Source: an uncultured Actinomycetes bacterium (GTDB lineage Bacteria > Actinomycetota > UBA4738 > HRBIN12). Taken from it: a stretch of 64,000 nt of DNA. The first letter of the stretch is position 1, and each line of letters begins with the position of its first letter. Positions 1-8,903 of this stretch are shown one piece after another. The stretch spans positions 33,068 to 97,067 of the forward strand of contig CAWHGC010000012.1 of assembly GCA_963828885.1 (NCBI GenBank), in the 5' to 3' direction. The position numbers and the translations under genes are program-made. The notes beneath the pieces were generated by a model that saw nothing but the letters and a program-made list of their open reading frames with translations, was not told the DNA's origin and ran no database searches.

Positions 1-1
1 C

Positions 2-499
2 GTGCGCGAGCTCGCCGCCGAGCGCGGCCTCACGCTCGTGTTCGTGCGCACGCAGCGCGGCGCCGACCGCCTTGCGAAGACGCTCCTCGCCCGCGGGTTC
101 CGGGCCGACCGCCTCCACGGCGGCATGTCGCAGCCGCAGCGCGAGCGGGCGCTCGACCGGTTCGCCACCGGGAAGAACGACGTGCTCGTCGCGACCGACG
201 TCGCCGCGCGCGGCCTGGACCTCGACGGCATCACGCACGTCATCAACTTCGACGCGCCGGCCGACGAGAAGGCCTACGTGCACCGCGTGGGTCGCACGGC
301 CAGGGCCGGACGCGGCGGGGACGGCATCACGTTCGTGACGAGCGAGCAGCGGGGGGAGATCGGCCGGATGGCCGGCAAGCTCGAGCTCCACGCGGAGTTC
401 GCGGCGGCGGGGATGACCGTGTCGAGGTCGTCCGATCCCCGGCCCGCCCGGCCGGCTCAGGCTCGGCGCCAGCGACAGCAGCGACAGCGGCGCCGCTGA
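2..499 (+). CDS. DEAD/DEAH-box RNA helicase, C-terminal part (5' end lies outside the window)
   Basis: The ORF is open from the window edge. It carries helicase C-domain motifs VLVATDVAARGLD (motif V) and HRVGRTARAGRGG (motif VI), followed by a basic R/Q-rich tail. Confidence 0.85.
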   Translation: MRELAAERGLTLVFVRTQRGADRLAKTLLARGFRADRLHGGMSQPQRERALDRFATGKNDVLVATDVAARGLDLDGITHVINFDAPADEKAYVHRVGRTARAGRGGDGITFVTSEQRGEIGRMAGKLELHAEFAAAGMTVSRSSDPRPARPAQARRQRQQRQRRR

Positions 500-500
500 C

Positions 501-845
501 CTACGTTGCGGCAGGCCTGCGAGGGTCCGTCTCGATGGCCGTGCGCGCCGGGTCGCCGGGGAGCTTCGCCACGATCGTGTAGCGCGGGTACTCGTGGCGG
601 ATCCCGTCGAACTCCGGGCTCTCATGGTCGACGGTGATGGCGAACTGTACGCCGTCGCTGCGCACGGACTCGTACTCGGCGCGCGTGAGGCTCACCGTGC
701 TCGTACAGGTGTCATCGCTGCACTCGCAGAGGTAGCGATCCATCGGATGGTGTTCGCCGAAGCTGTCGTTCGATGCCTCGATCCACTCGTTCGTCCGGCG
801 GGAACGGACCTCGTTGAGCACCTCGGTGTGACGCCAATCGCTCAT
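501..845 (-). CDS. hypothetical protein (Cys cluster CECSDDTC)
   Basis: Lies in ORF 501..944. The internal ATG at 845 (MSDWRH...) overlaps the stop of the upstream STAS gene by 4 nt (ATGA). Third-position GC bias is good. No family recognised. Confidence 0.45.
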   Translation of the reverse strand: MSDWRHTEVLNEVRSRRTNEWIEASNDSFGEHHPMDRYLCECSDDTCTSTVSLTRAEYESVRSDGVQFAITVDHESPEFDGIRHEYPRYTIVAKLPGDPARTAIETDPRRPAAT

Positions 846-1210
846 GCGGACCCGGGCTTCCGGGTCAGGCCCGTGAGGGATGAGTCGTTGATCAGGTCCT
901 CGTGACCGGTCAGCTCGAGGACGCGCCGGACGTTGGCGGAGCACCCCGTGATCGACAGCACCGGCCGCGACCGCGTGCCCTGGCCGGCCCCCTCCAACAG
1001 CGCCGCGAGGCCCGCACGATCCATGAACTGGAGCTGGGTCATGTCGACCACGATGTGCCGCCCGCCGGACGCCCGGTCGCGCTCGAGGACCTCGGCCAGC
1101 AGGGGTGCCGTCAGCATGTCGAGCTCGCCCCGGAGGCAGATCCGCAGGACGCTGCTGCTCCGTTCGGTCTCGATGCCGAGGTAGCCGGGCGCGGACGTCA
1201 TCTCACGCAT
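842..1210 (-). CDS. STAS-domain protein (anti-sigma-factor-antagonist family)
   Basis: Internal start MREMTSAPGY at 1210 within ORF 842..1441. SpoIIAA/RsbV-like pattern: LRICLRGELDMLTAPLL...VVDMTQLQFMDRAGLAALL...VRRVLELTG. Confidence 0.7.
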   Translation of the reverse strand: MREMTSAPGYLGIETERSSSVLRICLRGELDMLTAPLLAEVLERDRASGGRHIVVDMTQLQFMDRAGLAALLEGAGQGTRSRPVLSITGCSANVRRVLELTGHEDLINDSSLTGLTRKPGSA

Positions 1211-1529
1211 GGCACACCTCTGAGAGCGACTGCTGCGACGATCTGCGCGGGTCCATCCTGACCCCTTTAGGCTGCCGGTGATCCGCGAGCCCAGGAGTTG
1301 GGGGTCCGAAGGTGCGCCGGTTGCTCGGGCGCTCTGCCTGTGACGATACGCGCTTCCGGGGATTTGCACAAGAACAACGACACGTTGCAACGTCAATCGA
1401 GGACCTGGATCCGTCCCTAGACTCAGCCGAATGGCCGACACGCACGCTCACCCTGCCCTGCGGGAAATGGGCCCATTCCGTGGGGGATGCGCCCGAGTGT
1501 ACGAGGTACGCTGACCGTGCAGGATCGGG

Positions 1530-2165
1530 GTGGGGGGTGCTCCGGGGATGATGGCGGAGGCTGAGCTGCGGGTCCTGATCGTGGGTGACCGCGCCGATCG
1601 CCGACAGCGCATCGCGGCTGCGGCGGCGGGACTTGGGCACGCGGTGGTGCTCGCCGACGCCGACCTCGACCAGATCGGCCAGTTGACCCGCTCCGAACGA
1701 CCGGACGTGGCGCTCGTCGTCGTCGGCGAGAACGAGGGATCCCTCGCCATGATCGAGCGCATCGTGAAGGAGGCGGCCTGCCCGGTCATCGCCATCCTCG
1801 ACGTGGAGGACCCGGCCTTCGTCGATCAGGCCGCCCGCCTGGGCATCTTCGCCTACATCGCCGACGGGATGGACGAGCAGGAGCTCCAGAGCTCGATCGA
1901 CATCGCGCTGCGCCGGTTCGCGGAGTACCACGCGCTCGAGGGCGCCTTCGGCCGCCGGGCGCTCACGGAGCGGGCGAAGGGCATCCTGATGGAGCGCCAC
2001 GACCTGTCCGAGCAGGAGGCCTTCAACATGCTGCGCGATCACGCCCGGCGCTCGAGCCGCAAGGTGGTCGACGTCGCGCAGTCCGTCGTCGAGAGCCGCT
2101 CCCTGCTGCCGGGGAGGGAGCACAGCTCCAGCGGCGGCGAGCCGGAGGGCGGGGCGGACTCCTAG
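1530..2165 (+). CDS. ANTAR-domain regulator with an N-terminal receiver-like domain
   Basis: GTG at 1530 is preceded by AGGA. The receiver-like N-terminus reads LRVLIVGD...PDVALVVVG...PVIAIL. The C-terminal ANTAR helices read RALTERAKGILMERHDLSEQEAFNMLRDHARRSSRKVVDVAQSVV. Confidence 0.8.
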   Translation: MGGAPGMMAEAELRVLIVGDRADRRQRIAAAAAGLGHAVVLADADLDQIGQLTRSERPDVALVVVGENEGSLAMIERIVKEAACPVIAILDVEDPAFVDQAARLGIFAYIADGMDEQELQSSIDIALRRFAEYHALEGAFGRRALTERAKGILMERHDLSEQEAFNMLRDHARRSSRKVVDVAQSVVESRSLLPGREHSSSGGEPEGGADS

Positions 2166-2370
2166 GGCCTTCGAGGGGCCGGGGGGTCTTCGTTCTCAGA
2201 GTCGTTAGGCATCTGACGGTTCTCCGGCGTCAGACGTCGAACGACCAGTGGCTCCCGGCCCCCGTCCCCGAGCCGCCCGCGGACCCCTGAGAAACCACTC
2301 CGGATGACTACCCCGCTCGTGGGCTCGAACGCTCTATTTCCGGGCGGGTTTCGCCGATGCACGTCCTGAC

Positions 2371-2742
2371 ATGACAGACATCCGAGCGAACTGCCCAAGC
2401 TGCGGACAGGTGGGGATGAAGGCCGAGGCCATCTCCCTGGAGCTCGCCGACGACGGCGAGCAGGGCCACTACGCCTTCACCTGCCCCGACTGCAGCGCCG
2501 ACGTCACCCGGCCCGCCGACCGCAAGGTGGTCGCCCTGCTGCTGGCCGTCGGTGTGAACACGCACGAGGCCCCCGCAGCGGCGGCCGAGGAGCCGACCCT
2601 CGCCCCCGAGGATCGGGACCCGGCGCCGCACGCGCCGGCGTTCACGCTGGACGACCTGATCGACCTGCACTTCCTGCTCGAGGACGACGCGTGGCTCTCC
2701 GAGGAGATCGCCGTCGGAGCCTCCCAGTCGTCCGCCCGCTAG
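2371..2742 (+). CDS. hypothetical protein with an N-terminal CxxC...CxxC zinc-ribbon-like motif
   Basis: ORF 2371..2742 contains CPSCG...CPDCS, then an acidic/Pro-rich C-terminal half. Codon bias is consistent with coding. Confidence 0.5.
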   Translation: MTDIRANCPSCGQVGMKAEAISLELADDGEQGHYAFTCPDCSADVTRPADRKVVALLLAVGVNTHEAPAAAAEEPTLAPEDRDPAPHAPAFTLDDLIDLHFLLEDDAWLSEEIAVGASQSSAR

Positions 2743-2758
2743 GCCACGCCCCGATCCT

Positions 2759-3973
2759 TCAGAACCGGTAGCCGACCTCGCCGTGCTGCGACGCGTCGAG
2801 GCCCACGTCCTCGTGCTCCTCGGAGACCCGCAGCCCCACCGTGAGGTCCGTGACCTTCAGGATGGCCAGGGTCGCCACGAACGAGAAGACGACGGTTACG
2901 CCCGCCAGGACGCCCTGCTTCCCCAGCTGCGCGAGGCTCGCCGCCGCGCCGGCCGCGTTGACGGCCAGACTCGCGAACACCCCCGTCAGCAGCACGCCGA
3001 TGATGCCGCCGACCATGTGGACCCCCACGACGTCCAGTGAGTCGTCGTAGCCGAAGCGGCCCTTCAGACCCACGGCCAGGTAGCAGACGATGCCCGCCGC
3101 CAGTCCGATCACGAGGGCGGCCATGGGTTGCACGTACCCGGCGGCCGGCGTGATCGTGGCGAGGCCGGCCACCGCCCCGGTGGCCGCGCCGATCGTCGTG
3201 ACCTTCCCCGTCCGCATCCGCTCGAGGACGATCCAGCCCAGCAGCGCCGCGGCGGCACCCAGTTGGGTGTTGACGAACGCGCTCGAGGCCAGCGCACCCG
3301 ATGTGAGCGCGCTGCCGGCGTTGAACCCGAACCACCCGAACCACAGGATCCCCGCGCCCAGGATGACGAACGGCACGTTGTGCGGCGACATGTCGTCGGA
3401 GCCGTGCCCTCGACGCCGTCCGAGGTAGATCGCGGTGGCGAGCGCGGCGGCGCCGGCGTTCGCGTGCACGACCGCCCCGCCGGCGAAGTCCAGCGCGCCC
3501 ACCCCGCTCGCGCCGAGGAAGCCGCCGCCCCACTCCCAGTGCGCGACCGGGGCGTAGACCAGGAGCGACCACAGCCCGATGAACATCAGGTAGCCGGAGA
3601 ACCGCATCCGTTCGGCGAACGCGCCCGCGATCAGCGCCGGGGTGATGACGGCGAACATCATCTGGAAGACCATGAATGCCGAGGCCGGCACGGTGGGCGC
3701 GTACGCGCTCGGCGCCGGCCCCACCCCACTGAGTCCCGCGAAGTCCAATCCGCCGATCAGCCCGGCCTTGTCGGGCCCGAACGCGAGGGTGTAGCCGACC
3801 AGCGCCCACAGCACGGTGACCAGCCCCAGCGCGATGAACGACTGCATGATCGTGCCCACCACGTTCTTCGACCGCACCAGTCCGCCGTAGAAGAAGGCGA
3901 GACCCGGCGTCATGAACATCACGAGCGCCGCAGAGACCAGCAGCCATGCGGTATCGCCGGAGTCGACGTGCAC
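2759..3973 (-). CDS. amt: ammonium transporter (Amt family)
   Basis: 404-aa polytopic ORF with typical Amt signatures (MFMTPGLAFFYGG, FAVITPALIAGAFAERM, ALDFAGGAVVHANAG, LGWFGFNAGS, DVVGVHMVGGIIG). GTG start is preceded by GGGGAGGG. Confidence 0.92.
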   Translation of the reverse strand: MHVDSGDTAWLLVSAALVMFMTPGLAFFYGGLVRSKNVVGTIMQSFIALGLVTVLWALVGYTLAFGPDKAGLIGGLDFAGLSGVGPAPSAYAPTVPASAFMVFQMMFAVITPALIAGAFAERMRFSGYLMFIGLWSLLVYAPVAHWEWGGGFLGASGVGALDFAGGAVVHANAGAAALATAIYLGRRRGHGSDDMSPHNVPFVILGAGILWFGWFGFNAGSALTSGALASSAFVNTQLGAAAALLGWIVLERMRTGKVTTIGAATGAVAGLATITPAAGYVQPMAALVIGLAAGIVCYLAVGLKGRFGYDDSLDVVGVHMVGGIIGVLLTGVFASLAVNAAGAAASLAQLGKQGVLAGVTVVFSFVATLAILKVTDLTVGLRVSEEHEDVGLDASQHGEVGYRF

Positions 3974-4160
3974 GCTTCACCCTCCCCGGATACGGCCAAG
4001 GACGCGGCCAAAGGCGGCCAAGAGCGCGGAGATGCGCTGGCCCGGAAGCCTACTCCCCCGGTTGGGTGGACGCGAGCAACCGCGGTCCCGACCCGGCTCC
4101 GCGATCTGCGGCGTAGCCTTACGCGCATGACTTCAGGGTGCGACGTGGCGGCGTGAGGCG

Positions 4161-4889
4161 ATGAACGAGCTCGACGGCAGCGGGTCGTGGATCCGGATCG
4201 CGGCGCGCAACAACGCGGAGTGGTGCGACATCGTGTGCCGGTCGCACGGCGTGCCCGGGAGGTTCGATGCCGACGCGTGGGTGGACCCCCGACGCACACC
4301 GCCCTACTACCCCGATGCCGTCACCCTGGACCCAGCGGCGGTCGGCAAGCGAGTGCTCGCGCGCATCGACACGATCACGCCCGGTGCCTACGTCAAGGAC
4401 AGCTTCGCGAACCTCGACCTCGCTCCCTTCGGCTTCGAGGTCGTACACGAGGCCGAGTGGATCCTCCGCCGGCCCGGGCCGGCACCGAGCACGCACGACA
4501 CGGCCGTGCGGTGGATGCCGCTCGAGGCCGAAGCCGAGCTCTCGGCCTGGGAGGCGGCGTGGGACGCCGAGGGCGCCGGCCTCGGGCTGTTCGTTCCGGC
4601 GCTCCTCCGCGAACCGTCCGCCCAGTTCCTCGGCGGCTCCGTCGACGGTTCGATCGTCGCCGGGGCGATCGTGAATCGGACCGAGGACGTGCTCGGGGTG
4701 TCCAACGTCTTCACGACCCTCGGTGATCTCGACGACGTCTGGAGCGGTTGTGTCGCCTACCTCGAGCACACCCATCCCGGCTCGGCCCTCGTCGGATACG
4801 AGGCGGACGAGGACCTTGCCGCCGCTCGCCGCCACGGCTTCGGATCCGTCGGAGCCCTCCGCATCTGGTTCGAAGGTGAGCGGGGCTAG
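4161..4889 (+). CDS. hypothetical protein (possible acetyltransferase-like fold, unverified)
   Basis: 242-aa ORF with good third-position GC. Its stop overlaps the convergent MOSC gene end by 4 nt. No confident family assignment by eye. Confidence 0.45.
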   Translation: MNELDGSGSWIRIAARNNAEWCDIVCRSHGVPGRFDADAWVDPRRTPPYYPDAVTLDPAAVGKRVLARIDTITPGAYVKDSFANLDLAPFGFEVVHEAEWILRRPGPAPSTHDTAVRWMPLEAEAELSAWEAAWDAEGAGLGLFVPALLREPSAQFLGGSVDGSIVAGAIVNRTEDVLGVSNVFTTLGDLDDVWSGCVAYLEHTHPGSALVGYEADEDLAAARRHGFGSVGALRIWFEGERG

Positions 4890-5551
4890 CGGGCCTCGGC
4901 GGCCGCAGCGCGCGTCTCGGCCGGGAGGTCGGCGGCCGCCAGGATCGAGGTCAGCAGCTCCGGCTCCAGGGTGAGCGCGCGGAACACCAGCGCGACCGTG
5001 ACGTCGTGGTCCGGGCGGAACGACACCGTGATCGCGTCACCGGCGGTGACGTCGCCGGGTGTGACGACCCGCAGGTAGGTGCCGGGGATCGCCGCCTCAG
5101 CGAACGTCCGCAGCCAACCGCGCTCGGCGATCCACCCTCGGAAGGTGGAGCACGGCACCCGCGGGTCGGTGATCTGCAGCTCGAGCCGATCGCCGACGGT
5201 CCACCGTTCGCCGATGCGCGCGCCGTTGACGTCGATGCCCTCCGTCGTCAGGTTCTCGCCGAACGACCCGGACGGGAGCGCGCGTCCCAGCACCCCCTCC
5301 CAGTGGTCGAGGTCCTCGCGCGCGTACGCGTACACCGCCTGGTCGTCGCCGCCGTGATGCGCCCGGTCGCCGATCGTGTCGCCCTCGAGGCCGCTGCCCA
5401 ACCCCTCGGCCTTCGAACCCGGCGCACGAACGTGGACGGGACCGAGCGTCGGGTGCTTGTCGATGCCCGTGATCGACGTCGTCTTGAACGGGTTGGGTCT
5501 GACCCGGGCGAGGTTCACGCTGACCACGCGGGCGTGCGTCGTCGGGGACAT
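4886..5551 (-). CDS. MOSC domain-containing protein (YiiM-like)
   Basis: 221-aa ORF. Motifs GDRAHHGGDDQAVYAY, GENLTTEGIDVN, GERWTVGDRLELQITDPRVPCSTF are typical of MOSC proteins. Confidence 0.8.
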   Translation of the reverse strand: MSPTTHARVVSVNLARVRPNPFKTTSITGIDKHPTLGPVHVRAPGSKAEGLGSGLEGDTIGDRAHHGGDDQAVYAYAREDLDHWEGVLGRALPSGSFGENLTTEGIDVNGARIGERWTVGDRLELQITDPRVPCSTFRGWIAERGWLRTFAEAAIPGTYLRVVTPGDVTAGDAITVSFRPDHDVTVALVFRALTLEPELLTSILAAADLPAETRAAAAEAR

Positions 5552-5581
5552 ACGGCGAGGCTAGCAAGGATCAGGAGACCG

Positions 5582-6040
5582 CTACGACTGCGTCGCTCCG
5601 AGCGCGGCCTCGACGTCGTCGAGATGCTCGCCGCGGTGCGATGCACGCAGCGCGTAGAGCGGGCTGTCGGGATCGCGCGGCCACGCCCGGTCGACCGGCA
5701 GGGTCTCCATGCGTGCGTCGGTCTCCTCGGCGATCTGCAGCGCCAACCGGGCGACCTCGAGCGGCGGGATCGCGTGGATCAGCGGGCGCGAGGCGTCGTT
5801 GATCCAGTCGACGTCCTCCGGCTCGGCGTCCGACGGCGAGAAGGGCTCGCCACGATCGAGCTTGTCGACGAGCGCCAGCATCCGGGCGTCCCAGAACGCG
5901 ATGTGGCCGAACACGGCCGCGACCGTCCAGTACTCGTTCACCGGGATGCGGAGCTGGACCTCGTCCAGGCGCTCGACCAGCGCGCGTAGTCGCTCGCGCT
6001 CACGCGTGTTCTGCTCGATGTAGTCGCGATCCTCCGACAT
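5582..6040 (-). CDS. DinB-family protein
   Basis: Only the last 152 codons (from ATG at 6040, MSEDRDY...) of the 1252-aa antisense ORF look like a real protein. DinB-like His pattern: FGHIAFWD ... HRGEHLDD. Confidence 0.6.
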   Translation of the reverse strand: MSEDRDYIEQNTRERERLRALVERLDEVQLRIPVNEYWTVAAVFGHIAFWDARMLALVDKLDRGEPFSPSDAEPEDVDWINDASRPLIHAIPPLEVARLALQIAEETDARMETLPVDRAWPRDPDSPLYALRASHRGEHLDDVEAALGATQS

Positions 6041-6109
6041 GCCTCCGACGATACCGCCGAGGGGCGACCGGTCGTCAACCCGTGCCGGAGCCGCGCTACT
6101 GTACGCGCC

Positions 6110-8791
6110 ATGACGGACCTTCCCACCGGCACCGTGACGTTCCTGTTCACCGACATCGAGGGGTCGACCCGGCTGCTCCAGGAGCTCGGAGCCGAGTACG
6201 GGCGGCTCCAGGACCAGCAGGCGTCGATCATGCGGGCGGCCATCGCCGACGGGGCCGGTGTGGAGATCCGCACGGAGGGCGACGCCTTCTTCGTGGTCTT
6301 CCCGACCCCGAGCGGCGCGCTGCGAGCGGCGGTGGCGGCGCAGCGGGCGCTGGCCTCGTTCCCGTGGCCCGATGGCCGGCCGATCCGCGTCCGGATGGGG
6401 CTGCACAGCGGCGACGGGACGCTGGGCGGGGACGACTACCTGGGCATCGACGTGAACCGCGCCGCTCGCATCGCCGCCACCGGACACGGCGGCCAGGTCG
6501 TGATCTCCGAGGCCACTCGCGCCCTCGTGTCCGACACCCTGCCCGAAGGTGTCTCGCTCCGCGACCTCGGCGAACATCGTCTGAAGGACATCGAGCATCC
6601 GGAGCACCTGCACGACCTCGTGGTCGAGGGCCTCCCGTCCGAGTTCCCCGCGCTGCGGTCGCTCCAGGGGCGCCGGACGAACCTCCCCTCGCATCGCACC
6701 TCGTTCGTGGGCCGCGCTCGCGAGATCGCCGAGGTCGACGAGCTCCTGAACGCAACCCGTCTCCTGACCCTCACCGGCCCCGGCGGCACGGGCAAGACCC
6801 GGCTCGCCGTGCGCGTCGCATGGGAGCGGCTCGATCGCCATCACGACGGGGCGTACCTCGTCGATCTGAGCCCGGTCAGCGAGCCGGACCTCGTGCTGCC
6901 GGAGATCGCGCGCGCGCTCCGGGTCCGAGAGACACCGGGGCTCGACCTCGCGGCCGCGCTCCTCGAGCATCTGCGGAACCTCGAGCTGTTGCTCGTCCTC
7001 GACAACCTCGAGCAGATCGTCGAGGCGAGCCCGCTCGTGGGGACGCTCCTCGACACCGCTCCTCACCTGACGGTGCTGGCCACGAGCCGCATCCCCCTGC
7101 GGCTGTCGGGGGAGCAGGAGTACCGGCTCGCGCCGCTGGCGCTGCCGGGGCGGGAGCTGATGGCAGATGCGGCGCGGCTCGGCTCCTTCGAGTCCGTGCA
7201 GCTGTTCATCGACCGCGCGGCGGCGGTTCGGCCGGGACTGCAGATCACCGACGCGACAGCGCCGGCGCTGTTCGAGATCGTGTCGCGGCTCGACGGCCTG
7301 CCGCTGGCGCTCGAGCTCGCCGGCAGCAGGATGCGCGTGCTGACGCTGGATGCACTCGCGCATCGACTCGAGCAACGCCTGCCGCTCCTCACCGGCGGCG
7401 CCCGGGACGCGCCCGAACGCCAGCGGACGCTCGAGGCGACGATCGCCTGGAGCCACGAGCTCCTCGACGCGGACGGGCAGCGGCTGTTCGCGCGGCTGTC
7501 GATCTTCTCCGGTGGATGGACGTTGGAGGCGGCCGAGGCGGTGTGCGGAGACGACCTCGACGTGCTCGAGGGCCTCGGATCGCTCGTGGACGCGAGCCTG
7601 GTCCGCCGCACCGAGCTCCCCGACGGCGGTCTCCGTTTCTCGATGCTCGAGACGATCCGGGAGTTCGCGACGGCCCGGCTCACCGACGCGGACGACGGCG
7701 AACGCGGGGCCCTCGACCGCCGGCACGCCGCGTTCGTCCGCGAGCTCGCGGAGGCGGCCGAGCCGAACCTCACCAAGGGCGACCAGGTGATCTGGCTCGC
7801 GGTCCTGGACCGGGAGCTCGACAACATCCGGGTCGCGCTGGAGCGCGCCGAACACTCGGAGGACGTCGAGCGACGCGAGGCGGGCATGCGGACCGCGGCG
7901 GCGCTCTGGCGCTATTGGTCGCAGCGGGGCCGGATGACGGAGGAACGCGCGCATCTGGAGCGGCTGCTGGCGGGCCCGGCCGCCGAGCGACGCGGTGGCC
8001 CGCGAGCGAGGGCGCTCGGCGCGCTCGGCAGCATCGCCTACTGGCAGTCGGATCCCGCTTACGTGGGGCCCTACCTCGAGGCACTGGAGATCGCGCGCGA
8101 GGTCGGGGATCGGCGTCTGCTGTCCGAGGCGTTGCTGAACCGCTCCTTCGTCCAGGACTACAGCGAGGAGGGCATGGCACAACGGCTGGCCAGCCTCCAG
8201 GAGTGTCTGGAGGTCACCGAGGACGACGACGTCTTCACCCGCGGACTGATCTACACCGCCCTCGGCTACCTGCGGCTGTTCGTCGGCGACCCGCCCGGGG
8301 CGGCCGTACAGCTCGAGCGCGCGGTGGAGCTCCAGCGTGCGACCGGCGAGACCTACGCCATGGCGGAGAGTCTCATCGGCCTCACCGGCCTCGCGTACGA
8401 TGCCGGCGACCTCGTGAAGATGCGCGGCTACCTGGACGAGGCATCTCGGGTGGTCCTGCCCACCCGCAACCCGGTCGAGCTGTGCACGCTGCTCCTCCCC
8501 TTCGGGCGGATCGCGAACCACGAGGGCCGGTACGAGGACGCGGCGCGACTCATGGGCGCCTACCGCCGGATCGAGGACGACTACGACGTCCACATCCCCC
8601 GGATCGGCGTGGAGTACCTGGGCGACCCCGAGGTGCAGGCGAGGGCGGCGCTCGGGGAGGAGGCCTTCCGGGTGGCGCACGACGAGGGCTACGACTGGCC
8701 CCTCGAGCAGGCGTTCGTCGTCGTGGAGGGCGAGGCCGCGAGGAAGCCGAAGATCGAGGGCGATGCGGAGGGCGGGCTCGCCGGCGGATAG
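6110..8791 (+). CDS. class III adenylate/guanylate cyclase fused to an NB-ARC/AAA (STAND) ATPase and TPR-like repeats
   Basis: 893-aa intact ORF. Cyclase motifs: FLFTDIEGST, EGDAFFVVF, RVRMGLHSGD, GIDVNRAARI. Walker A is LTGPGGTGKTRLA and Walker B is LLLVLDNLEQ. The C-terminal half is long and helical-repeat (TPR-like). No C-terminal HTH is visible. Confidence 0.85.
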   Translation: MTDLPTGTVTFLFTDIEGSTRLLQELGAEYGRLQDQQASIMRAAIADGAGVEIRTEGDAFFVVFPTPSGALRAAVAAQRALASFPWPDGRPIRVRMGLHSGDGTLGGDDYLGIDVNRAARIAATGHGGQVVISEATRALVSDTLPEGVSLRDLGEHRLKDIEHPEHLHDLVVEGLPSEFPALRSLQGRRTNLPSHRTSFVGRAREIAEVDELLNATRLLTLTGPGGTGKTRLAVRVAWERLDRHHDGAYLVDLSPVSEPDLVLPEIARALRVRETPGLDLAAALLEHLRNLELLLVLDNLEQIVEASPLVGTLLDTAPHLTVLATSRIPLRLSGEQEYRLAPLALPGRELMADAARLGSFESVQLFIDRAAAVRPGLQITDATAPALFEIVSRLDGLPLALELAGSRMRVLTLDALAHRLEQRLPLLTGGARDAPERQRTLEATIAWSHELLDADGQRLFARLSIFSGGWTLEAAEAVCGDDLDVLEGLGSLVDASLVRRTELPDGGLRFSMLETIREFATARLTDADDGERGALDRRHAAFVRELAEAAEPNLTKGDQVIWLAVLDRELDNIRVALERAEHSEDVERREAGMRTAAALWRYWSQRGRMTEERAHLERLLAGPAAERRGGPRARALGALGSIAYWQSDPAYVGPYLEALEIAREVGDRRLLSEALLNRSFVQDYSEEGMAQRLASLQECLEVTEDDDVFTRGLIYTALGYLRLFVGDPPGAAVQLERAVELQRATGETYAMAESLIGLTGLAYDAGDLVKMRGYLDEASRVVLPTRNPVELCTLLLPFGRIANHEGRYEDAARLMGAYRRIEDDYDVHIPRIGVEYLGDPEVQARAALGEEAFRVAHDEGYDWPLEQAFVVVEGEAARKPKIEGDAEGGLAGG

Positions 8792-8876
8792 GTCGGCGGC
8801 CCCCGGACCCACCCGCAACGTCCACATGCGAAGATGCTCGACCGAACGCGGTTCGCAAGCCGGACGGGATCGCCTC

Positions 8877-8903
8877 GATGAGGATGAGGATGAGGATGAG
8901 GAG
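8877..8903. repeat. hexanucleotide microsatellite (GATGAG)x4 plus a partial unit
   Basis: Direct reading of gatgag gatgag gatgag gatgag gag, in the 175-nt spacer between the STAND gene stop and the P-type ATPase start. Confidence 0.9.

Noticed and set aside
2166-2370. ANTAR target (tandem hexaloop hairpins) or an intrinsic terminator downstream of the ANTAR gene.
   Set aside because: A strong hairpin exists (TCTGACGG-ttct-CCGgCGTCAGA, ~2211-2235), and a weaker GGCC...GGCC stem lies right after the stop. Neither has hexaloops with A1/G4 in tandem, and no U-tract follows, so no specific call was made.
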